A DNA stretch of 64,000 nucleotides from Trichoplax adhaerens. Taxonomy: Eukaryota; Animalia; Placozoa. The position numbers were made by a program, and so were the translations under genes. Below are positions 53,401-64,000 of the stretch, one piece after another. Position 1 is the first letter of the stretch; every line of letters starts with the position of its first letter. Location: the NCBI RefSeq assembly GCF_000150275.1, contig NW_002060949.1, positions 5,817,858 to 5,881,857 of the forward strand, read 5' to 3'. A model generated the notes under the pieces. That model was not told where the DNA came from and made no database searches. It saw only the letters and a list, made by a program, of their open reading frames with translations.

Positions 53401-55830
53401 GTTGATAAACTATCGCTGTGTTTATACTGTATTGTATTCTAGCCGATACAGGCAAAGTAAATAAGAATCTCGCCCTTAAAACTTATTTCATCAATCGAAA
53501 GTAAAAAGCTTTTCTTAAGGTTATCAATTCAGATCGCTTTTATATTAGCACCAAAGGTATTTGTTGAGAAAATTTGATGATAGGAAATAGGAAAGCTTAG
53601 GATCGATTAACAAGTTCTGGTAAGATAAAGGGCGATTAACAGTTGTGTTTATGAAGTTTGATATTATTATTAGATACTGATAATATTCCTTTAATTACAA
53701 TAAAGTACTACCAGACTTGCATTTGCCACATTAACAAAAACAAAAATTGGCGCAAAATTAAATGAAAAATGACTTGAGTCATGCGTTATCAGTCAAGTAG
53801 TCATAACTTTTAATGAGCATGAAAGCGCTAATAAAGTGAAAATACGCTTACAAGAACCAAGAAATGTTTCTTTTCTTTCCTTAGGTAATATCATTTCATG
53901 AAAGAAAATACATTATATAAGGTACCATTTGATATTATAAGTCATATAAAGTAAATATCAAAGAAAATCTTTACAAGCAATCAAAGGACGTTGTCGAAAT
54001 TTATGAAACCATGTACTGAACCAGCTACCAGCTTACTGTATCAATTAAATGAATAATTATAATCGGCTATATTAATTAATGTATCTATCACTTTCTCAAG
54101 TAACAAGAGATATATCTAACAAGATTAAGATAGCATATTACCGCGTAATATATATATATATATATATAGCTTGTCATGTAATCGTACAGACTGTTTAGCA
54201 CTACGGAAATAATTAATAGAAGTAGCAAAGTATTAGTCAAAAACTTTTTGAGGTGTAGCGTTAAGTAAAAGATTATGAAATCGCTTTCATTATACAATTT
54301 TGAGGTACTCGCAGTAGGCTCTCGGAATCAAGAATATTTTCGAGTTGCAATAGATTGTCCATACAATTAATAGCATAAAATTACACTTGCTATAATAGGC
54401 TAAACAATTTAAATTAAAGATACCTAAATCCTCGGTAATTTATAGATCGATTTTACGTCGTGAAGTGAATCTCTACAAGAAAATGAAGTTCCTATCATAA
54501 TATTTTCGAGATACTTCATCATAGATTGATATAGTTGTTATACTTCTCGAGAGCTATGCTATGAGAGTCTAGTCTGTAAACAATTCTCTATTGCAAGAGA
54601 TTCGGTATTTATGGTTATCAATTTTACACTACTTAACCTACCTACATTTCACTCTATTGTGCTTACATAAAATATAGTAAGTTTTAATTCAATATGAATT
54701 CACTCTTATGTCTCTGCGTACAGTCAAAGCTATTTGTTACAGTTATAGGTACTTTCTGCAAATTATTTTCCATATGAATTCCTATTAATCATCAATTTTC
54801 ATGTAAAATTTAATTAGCTACATTAAGCTAATACAGTACCGAAAGATATGTTTTTCCGTCATGGGATATACGTTGGTATTTATCATTTCTACCACTATGA
54901 GGCTTATTTTACGTTCCCAAATATCATACTTATTAACATTAACTACTATAGCTATAGATTAATCGATATTAGAGATGTTGTAAAAAAACCTTGCTTGAGA
55001 TATATCTCTTATTTCCTTTAAAAATAGCAAGAATTGTTTGACATTCTGAGTAAAATGATATTACTTTCCTTTATTATATTTCACAGCTGTGATTATTAAT
55101 AATAGCTGGATAAGTATTTATGGGTAAATATCAATTTAATGTGCATGCATGTTGAATTTTTAATAGCCTAGAAATGTTACAAATTGCTTGTTCACAGAAT
55201 ACCTATACTAAAAGTGCCGTGCATTTTGGTCATTATTAAAGATGATAGGGAACTATAACAGCTAGCTTATTAAAAATATCAATACTTTGTTTACTTGTTA
55301 AGTGATTATTAGGACAGCTACATAAATAATGAAATGATGATCTAAATTTGAGTTACAGTTTCACTTCCTACAAAGAGAATGACTATGAGAGCCATACGTA
55401 CATTTATTATTAATTATTATCCATTATCCTTTAATTATTGTTCCCAATGACAAAATTATCCAAAATGTTGCATCTTATATCTGAAAATTAATTTTGATAA
55501 ATATACAGCTGTAAGGGTGTTAAAGATTACCGTGAAGTATAAATGCGTTATATTGATCGTTATACAGTGGCTAGCTAATCGTCAGAGTTATAGATTATCT
55601 ATAAAACGTACTCACTTTCTAGCAAGGGCAAGTGAATTACTTCAATACGTAATTTATAAAAAGCTTAAAGGTCAGGTCGTTTTCTGATCATGACTGGTCT
55701 CGTGTTCTATGCGTGCCCTGACTTATTTTAAAGTAGAGCACAAAGTTATACAAATTTAGATCTAAGAATAGACGAAAGAAATATTGTTTATTAGTATTAA
55801 TTTCTATTTATAAACTTGTTATGGCACTGT

Positions 55831-57451
55831 GTTACCAATAAACTAATTATTGATTATATACGAGTATAATTAGTGAATAATGAACACCTTAGAATAGTCT
55901 AGGTAAGGTGATATGCTATGTTAGATATTTATTTTGCGAGGCTCGTAGTTAATATTTTAGTAATAGAGTTGTGATATAAAGTATCAACTATTACGAGTTT
56001 ATCAGCTAAAGATTGAAAGGCATACTAGATTTTAATATATAATCAAACCGTATATAGAAGGAGAATGAGGATTTCAAGACCTTAAGTTCCAGAATATCTA
56101 CATATTCGTATCTATTTAGTAACTGTGCAGTATATATTAATTAATGCAACTTGTAAAGTGTGTGTTGTATTAACTCCAGTCAACACCGGAATTCATGATA
56201 GAAATCAGTTTAAGCGTATGTGGTTGTAAAATAAAAGTAGTAATTGCTTAAGCTAAGAAGTGTTCAGGAGTTGTAACGTAAAGAAAAGTGTAGCAATTAA
56301 TCAATTTTCTGTGGAGTACAACCGAGAAATCAACTTTTCATGTATCGTTTGCACAAATACTGAAAATACTAAGAAAGTAGCCCGAGTTATTGTACCTATA
56401 CTAGAGTTCTTTATAAAAGTTTTGCTATAAGTGAGGGTCGTGACAATACTCTCTGACTGCGCGAATATAAATAGAAGTTTGTTACAGAGTCATGCTCCGA
56501 AATATTAATCGCTAAGTTAATTAAAATATCTCATTTAAATTATTGTTTGCTCCAGTAGCTTATTAGATATTAATGTTTATTCATAAGTACTTGTTCAATA
56601 TTGCTGACATCTCGAAGCTAACAAGCTTAGTCTGTAAACGTTAATTAATAACACCTTAAGTGTAAGATCAATTACTTTGCAGAGCCTTGAGGCTCTAGTT
56701 GCTATACTAGGATATGTATACTGTACAGTGTAAGCCGCTATTTCAAGAATATTCACAAGTGTACCATCGGCGAGACTATAAAAAGCGGAGCACTAGCTTA
56801 GCTTCTCAGTTCCAGTTAGTCATTTGCAGGATCTTGTGACTATTATTGCTAAGAATATTCTTACGTTTTTCTTTAGTACATTTTACGACTAAGGTTAACG
56901 AAAATAAAGTAAAGTATTTAAACCTATTACTCAATAGTAGTTTTTTTGTATAGCTGAGAGTTAGTTCAACTACGATAGGTCCCTAAGTTAGTTGGGAACA
57001 CAAGTACTAGTGAAGATAGTGTTTAAGACCCGGTTTCTTGTTACAAAGAAGAAGATTTGTAACAAAGTTATAAATGCGAGCTACTTTTATAATAAGAGAA
57101 TTCATTAATTTATCGTTTACACGTAAGGAGAAGGTCTATATTGTTTCTACCGTGAAAATTAAGGTAGAAATTTAAAGTCGTCACAGAGAACTAATCTTGA
57201 AAAGTAGGTCGAGATAGAAGAAGATCCAGAAATATCTCTAGTGTATCTTTGTCTCAAGAATATGTATCCATTTTGATGACAGTCTACAATACCATCAAAA
57301 CTATCAATCCGATATACGAACTTCTATGTTTAATGTCAATAGCAGCTTTAATTATTATTTATTCTAACTGTTGCTTTTATTACATTCTGTCCGATATTGC
57401 AGTAAAAACAGAAATGACGACAGAATAGCAATATATTATACAATTTAATAG
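55831..57451. repeat. ~1-kb direct repeat, copy 1 (interrupted by 585-bp insertion)
   Basis: Near-identical to 62934-63973 apart from the insertion at 56480-57064 and scattered substitutions. Confidence 0.95.
56480..57064 (+). mobile_element. Solo LTR of an LTR retrotransposon (585 bp)
   Basis: Termini TGTTACA...TGTAACA (TG..CA, 7-bp inverted); 5-bp TSD AAGTT at 56475-56479 and 57065-57069; internal TATAAAAAG at 56777 followed by AATAAA at 56903; single AAGTT empty site at 63580-63584. Confidence 0.85.
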
Positions 57452-57637
57452 TGCTTTTCTTCATACTATCGTAGCCTTTGATTATGTAATACGCTGTGAT
57501 ATCTAGCACTAATACCGTAATCTTGCATATTTATGGTACTAAGATTTACGTCCTAAATCAATTATACTAAGAAATTTATATCTTAGACCGACGATATGAA
57601 AGAATTAACTAGATTCTTATTAATCGATATACTATAA

Positions 57638-60600
57638 CTATACATTTTGACATATAAACTTTTCTTTCAGACTTCGTCTAAGATTATGACTACGAAAAAT
57701 AAATATAAAAGGATTGGTAATACCAGAAAGAAAACTAAGTAAAAGTGCAAGTAGGCCATAATTTTGATATACAAGGCTTGTTCGTAGACTAACAGATTCG
57801 ATTAAATTAATAATAGACATAGGTATAAAAGATAAAATCTCGATAAAGATGATTAATAATAAAGTTTTAGCAAGTTTCTTTTCCATTCCTTTATTTATTG
57901 ACGATTGAGGTTGAGATTTAAGAAAGCTTTTCTTGGTGTTCACTGTATAATTAGTAGAAATCATCGATTCTAGCTTAGATTCTTCGTTTGTTACCATATT
58001 AATGTTACGAATACGCTGTCGATTCCGAGAGAATTCTTTGTAGATATGCCAATACGAAAACGTAATAGCTTGAAAAGGAATTGATAAACCGAAGCAATAA
58101 AAGTAGATAAAAAATGTGATATAAGAAGGCCCAAGTGCTAGTTTAATAGCTGGTCCACATATTCCTGTACCACTATAATACGGAAATCTCGCCCAGAATC
58201 CAATCGTTTGCGGTAAGGAGAACGATAGAGGTATGAACCAGTTCAATAAATAAATAGCTATGATTGATTTCTTACTAGATACATAGTGAGCTTTATTAGG
58301 TTTAGTAATAATAATATATCTTATAACGGATAAAAACCCTATAGAATAGATATTGACAATGCCGAAGTATAATGGTAAGCCAATAGCTAGTCGACACTGG
58401 AAAGTATTTCCAGGATACAGAGGTAAATTGCCGTAAACGCTTTGTAACATACTTGGAAAGAAAGAAATAAAGCTGCAAATAGAGATTAACGAAGGGACAT
58501 TATTAAACTGGTTATCACATTAGCTATAAATATGAGCAATGAAATTGAAAAGTTATTTACAAAGTACTATATACTTGTCTTGAGTAATTTAACTCAGTTT
58601 ATTATATTATTGGAGTACACAATAAGAAAATAAGAATTAATGAAGGAATTATAGTAATTGTAGAACAATTATTGGCAATAGCTGTTGTTAATTATAATCA
58701 GACAAGGTTAATGTAAGAGATAGATTTACGGACTCACGTTACTTGAAATAAAATTTAATTTATTACTATTAGTCTTTATAAAAGATCGTCCACATTTATA
58801 TATACTTTAATAAAATGCAAATGTATAGCTTACTAGATAAAAACCGTGTGCTAACATTAATAACAGATTGTAACGATAATTAACAATAGTTATTGTCGAT
58901 TATAATCAACCAAGGTTAATGTAGGAGACAGACTTTCCGAACTAATGTCATTACAAAACAAAGTTTATCACTACAAGTATTTACGAATATCATCCGTATT
59001 CTTATTTGTAGATATCTACAGGATGTAAAATCTATCTAACAAGAGATATGACACTAGTATTTACAGTAAATGTTCTAATCTGACGTTATGATTTAAGATA
59101 TAAACTGTTAAATAATTAATTTATCATAACGATTAATTATATTAGAAACACCATGTCGACTCTCACTATCGGTTCTTGTTACTGTTACATTGATATAAAC
59201 CTAATTTACAGGGTGTGTAGAGTTATTTTAGCAGAGATGATTTTAAAAAGCCTGTATGATTATAAGGTTAAAGACACTAGCTGTCAATTGATAGAGAAGA
59301 ACTAGAAAGGATAAACATAATTTTTCTATAACTATATTACCTTCGTAAATAGTTAATATCCCGTATGTAGAAATGAACTGCTTTAATGTGAATATCTGTA
59401 CATTGTGCATAATCATGATCTCTATTACAGCAATCTACACATTACAGTAATGTAGTAATATAGTACGATTAAAATTTATCGCAATATTCACTTATATTTA
59501 CGGATAAGTAAGCTCATATATTCTTATGGCGACCTAGAATTGTTACGTAGTAGCTCATTTAGGATATATTTATTCGTATTTTACAGGTTACTAAAGAGAA
59601 TTCGTTACGGTTAATATAGAACCGTAGAATGAAACATCTGTATAAATAATAACCTTTGATAATAAATTCAGCTCGAGAACGCAGTTATTCAAGTGATTTA
59701 ATCAAGTAAATTAGAATATAGTCTTAACTTCATAAGTTGACTTAAGCATCGTAGCCTGATAGATACTACGTACAGTATAGTACTTTAAGTAGTTTAAGAT
59801 TGGGAGATAGATAGACTGTGAAATCAATTAATTCTGCTAGTATATCTGTATCTACTCGCTTGAGCGTTATCGTAAGAAATTATAAAGGAGATCGCTCGGT
59901 CGATATTTTCTTCTTACACGTTACGCTTTATATCGTTAAATATTACAATACAAATAAGAAAAACTTTCTAAACCTCTAGATTGCGACGCTTTATAATAAA
60001 TAATTTATACAAGGCGAAAAGAAATTGACTACTTCCAGAGATATCATGAATAAACTTATTCTCATATAGCTAAATAGATACTTTGTGTTATAAATATGAC
60101 AAACTGCAGTTTTATTTCAGATAGAATAAAATAACAGTAAAATCGCTAACACTATAGTGTATCAGTGAAGACTGGCGTTACGATGGAGGGATACTCGTTT
60201 ATTTACTGTCCTATAGCTTATATTAGTTAGGATTAGTTAGGGGGATGTTAATTTGGCACGGTAGTACCATGGCAGCAGTACCGTACGCCTAATTGTCTAA
60301 GCTTTACAGCGAAATATCATAGCAAGTTATATGTAAAATATATTCCTACTGAAGATATTTGTGAGAATATTAATTGATTTATGGAGTAATTATAAGAGAA
60401 CATCGCAAATTTACAGATAACCCCATCAAAATTTCAAGACATCTACTGTAGCAGTATATATCTAAAATAAACGTATATTCCTATAATACTATGCAAGTAT
60501 ATATTAACAATAGTTAGCTATTAATTACACTATCATTGATTGAACTGTGTAATATTGGATTTTTTCGTTCGACTGATTATCTTAAAGCTGTAAATAGTAA

Positions 60601-61191
60601 ACTCTAGCTTTACTGATCGCTGTAAACTACTGTATAAAAGAGAAAAATTTTAATTACAAAGTCTCTTGACCATAATCTAGCCTATTTATGTTTCAAAGTA
60701 GGTAAACATCGGTGGATTGTAACGAAATGGACAGCACTAGGTGATAAATGTAACTGCAATGGTTAGCAACGGTTCATAATGATTTTAAAATGCGGTTATA
60801 ATATTCTATTCCTTAAAACTTTAATTTTTGCTTGACTATAGAATAAAGTTACTTGGCATCACTAACTTGACGGCAGTAAGTTATGATAATAACGAACAGT
60901 TATGCGTTATTAGTTTTATGATAAGTAGTTTACTGATGTCACAGTTATCTTCGACTACCGATAGACTTACCTTGCTATAGCGTAAATTCCATCAGAAAGA
61001 GCTAAATTAATAGTTAAAGCATCACTTAAGTTAAGATTATGTGCTTTTCTTCCGATAGCGTAACATAAGATTCCATTTCCAATACAGCTGAGTAGAGTAG
61101 TAATTACCAACAAGACCAAAAATACAATAGTTGTTTCTCGCGGATGGTAAAGATTGAAGTTAGATATATTTGTGTTTAGAGAAGAGTTCAT
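57638..61191 (-). CDS. Orphan rhodopsin-class GPCR, paralogue of 47475-48939, 2 exons (60971-61191; 57638-58472)
   Basis: MNSSLNTNIS N-glycosylation sites; SCIGNGIL; INLALSD; CRLAIGLPLYFGIVNIYSIGFLSVIRYIIITKP; LSFIP; ITNPFIF. It has the same phase-2 intron position (ATA GCA AG|gtaag) as the paralogue. Confidence 0.92.
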
Positions 61192-62933
61192 CTTCAAAGA
61201 TATCTTATTATCGGTATTAAAATCGCAACACGAACTATCTCGTTTAATATAATAGATGTAATAGGATTTTATGATCGTAGCCGTCACCGAGTGATAGAAA
61301 TAGATATTTATTTTCTCTCCTCTATAGGATCTATTACATTCGCTTAATATTATTTACTATTTAAGACCTAATTATAATTCAATATTATAATTTGTTATAA
61401 GAATTAGAGACATGCGAAGTACTTGAAAGTAAAGAATTTAATATAATTATTAAGTAACGTAGTTACCATTACAGTATAGCATTATTATTTTAAGAAGATA
61501 CTACTATCATCATTTTACACATTCAATATTCTTTTCAAAGTCGTAGGCAAATAACAATTAGTTTTAGATGGTTTAGATATATGTAGCTGTTTCTACACGA
61601 TTGTATTTTAAATTGATGTTTAGTATTAATTTATTTATTTATAATTGCCGTAATGACGCTATTGTAGTCGATGGCCAATAAAAATATTTCCTTTTCAATT
61701 TTTCATCATTGTACATAACATGGTTTCGTCCTTTACTTTATCGTTATTGTAATTAGTTAATAACGTAAAACGAAATTATTTTATGCCTTGATAGATGATT
61801 GAAACGAGCATTAAATAAACTAAGATAATAATACTACACTAATCTTTTTATTACGAACTGAAATGAAAGAATTGATTATTTCTAATGATTACTTTTAAAA
61901 GACTGACACGTGCAAACGTCTTACTGTTCATCGTTTATTAATTATAAGATTACCCAGTTACAATTCCTATAGTTTGTATTCTTTCCGGAAGAGAAATGGA
62001 TATAAGTAATTGTATAAAATTTATTTTAGATTAAAGGTAAACGAAGGAGGTATTAGATTTGTACACAGGAAATGGAAATAAACTCTAAGATTAATAATTG
62101 ATCGATTAGCTCGTAACATACATGAAAGCTGATGGAGATTATTCTTAATTATGTAGATCCTATTTAAAGGACAACTTTAATTTTATAAATTATGATTAGT
62201 CCGTCAACCTACTCAGGTCGTTAAAACTATTACCAAAATTTAAATATATAAGACTCATGATTACAGTCACTTTCGTCACCATTGTACGTAAGGCTATTAG
62301 TAGGACGAATTGTAAACAGATATTGTAAGGTGTTACTGTAAAATTTCCCTTTATTAGTGATCTGAATAGCCAGTTAATTTTCTTATAATTATTAAACAAC
62401 TTAGTTGATCCAACTTATACGTGAGATCATCTGATTTTTGGTCGCTTAAATTTATGATTAAAATTCAAACAAGGTATGAAATCTTTACTAATATCGCTAT
62501 TAAAACATTGAGCATCTATTTGACTATTTGGCGTTTAGATTGAACGCTTCTAACGGAATATTTATTATTGCTTTCTAGAAAAATAGTCTCTTAGTGAACT
62601 TTTCATAGTAGTCACCGAGTTGGCCTCAGCAAATTAGAAAAGAATTTTTTAGTATAGCAATATCAAATTTGAAAACATTCTTTTTCACGAGTACGATACT
62701 CTAACCAATCTTATACAACTGTTACAGTTGGATGCGATAGAATTTTCAATTAAATCAAACTTGAGTCGAAATACTATACGCTACTGTACGCGTAGCTACT
62801 ACTTTTAACACCTGTCGCATTGGTGACAAAACACAGAATACAGTAAGTAAGGTTGTGGCAATGAACGGAAATAACGTTATCGGGTCTAATCTACTGTAAA
62901 CTACTCAACCTAAGTTGAAGTTAAGTCAATCAC

Positions 62934-63973
62934 GTTACCGATTAACTAATTATTGATTATATACGAGTATAATTAGTGAATAATGAACACCTTAGAATAG
63001 TCTAGGTAAGGTGATATGCTATGTTAGATATTTATTTTGCGAGGCTCGTAGTTAATATTTTAGTAATAGAGTTGTGATATAAAGTATCAACTATTACGAG
63101 TTTATCAGCTAAAGATTGAAAGGCATACTAGATTTTAATATATAATCAAACCGCATATAGAAGGAGAATGAGGATTTCAAGACCTTAAGTTCCAGAATAT
63201 CTACATATTCGTATCTATTTAGTAACTGTGCAGTATATATTAATTAATGCAACTTGTAAAGTGTGTATTGTATTAACTCCAGTCAACACCGGAATTCATG
63301 ATAGAAATCAGTTTAAGCGTATGTGGTTGTAAAATAAAAGTAGTAATTGCTTAAGCTAAGAAGTGTTCAGGAGTTGTAACGTAAAGAAAAGTGTAGCAAT
63401 TAATCAATTTTCTGTGGAGTACAGCCGAGAAATCAACTTTTCATATATCGTTTACCCAAATACTGAAAATACTAAGAAAGTAGCCCGAGTTATTGTACCT
63501 ATACTAGAGTTCTTTATAAAATTTTTGCTATAAGTGAGGGTCGTGACAATACTCTCTAACTGCTCGCGAATATAAATAGAAGTTATAAATGCGAGCTACT
63601 TTTATAATAAGAGAATTCGAGAATTCGTTTAATTTATTGTTTGCGCGTAAGGAGAAGGTCTATATTGTTTCTACCGTGAAAATTAAGGTAGAAATTTATA
63701 GTCGTCACAGAGAACTAATCTTGACAAGTAGGTCGAGATAGAAGAAGATCCAGAAATATCTCTAGTGTATCTTTGTCTCAAGAATATGTATTCATTTGAT
63801 GACAGTCTACAATACCATCAAAACTATCAATCCGATATACGAACTTCTATGTTTAATGTCAATAGCAGCTTTAATTATTATTTATTCTAACTGTTGCTTT
63901 TATTACATTCTGTCCGATATTGCAGTAAAACAGAAATGACGACAGAATACCAATATATTATACAGTTTAATAG
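62934..63973. repeat. ~1-kb direct repeat, copy 2 (uninterrupted)
   Basis: Matches 55831-56479 joined to 57070-57451. Confidence 0.95.
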
Positions 63974-64000
63974 ATCTTAAAGCAACGATAGAAAGAATAA

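Noticed and set aside
58660-59000. Degenerate ~210-bp local duplication in the GPCR intron (similar small ones at ~10230-10400 and ~53047-53250)
   Set aside because: Ordinary decayed tandem duplications with no further structure.
47475-61191. Calling the GPCRs true opsins
   Set aside because: There is no Lys at the Schiff-base position in TM7 (Tyr/Phe instead).

Overview
This is AT-rich, intron-rich eukaryotic DNA from a compact animal genome. The short introns, ACAGT-type pentamer tracts and tandem orphan GPCRs suggest a placozoan such as Trichoplax; this is an inference. The left two-thirds is gene-dense: the 3' half of peroxisomal acyl-CoA oxidase (ACOX1-like), an intronless orphan ORF, head-to-head pairs RNGTT/SMNDC1 and EEF1D/CPT2, a secreted EGF-EGF-Ig-Ig-FN3 protein and a UBF (UBTF)-like HMG-box gene. 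Beyond ~43 kb the sequence is repeat-rich and gene-poor. It holds several minisatellites and local duplications, two paralogous two-exon rhodopsin-class GPCR genes, and a ~1 kb direct repeat, one copy of which carries a 585-bp solo-LTR-like insertion while the other shows the empty site. Best leads: a candidate autoregulatory poison exon in SMNDC1 intron 2, the solo LTR, two consecutive GC-AG introns in CPT2, a three-box tailless UBF, and an unannotated spliced micro-gene candidate. Exon structures were assembled by hand, and most short ORFs in the supplied track are exon fragments or noise.
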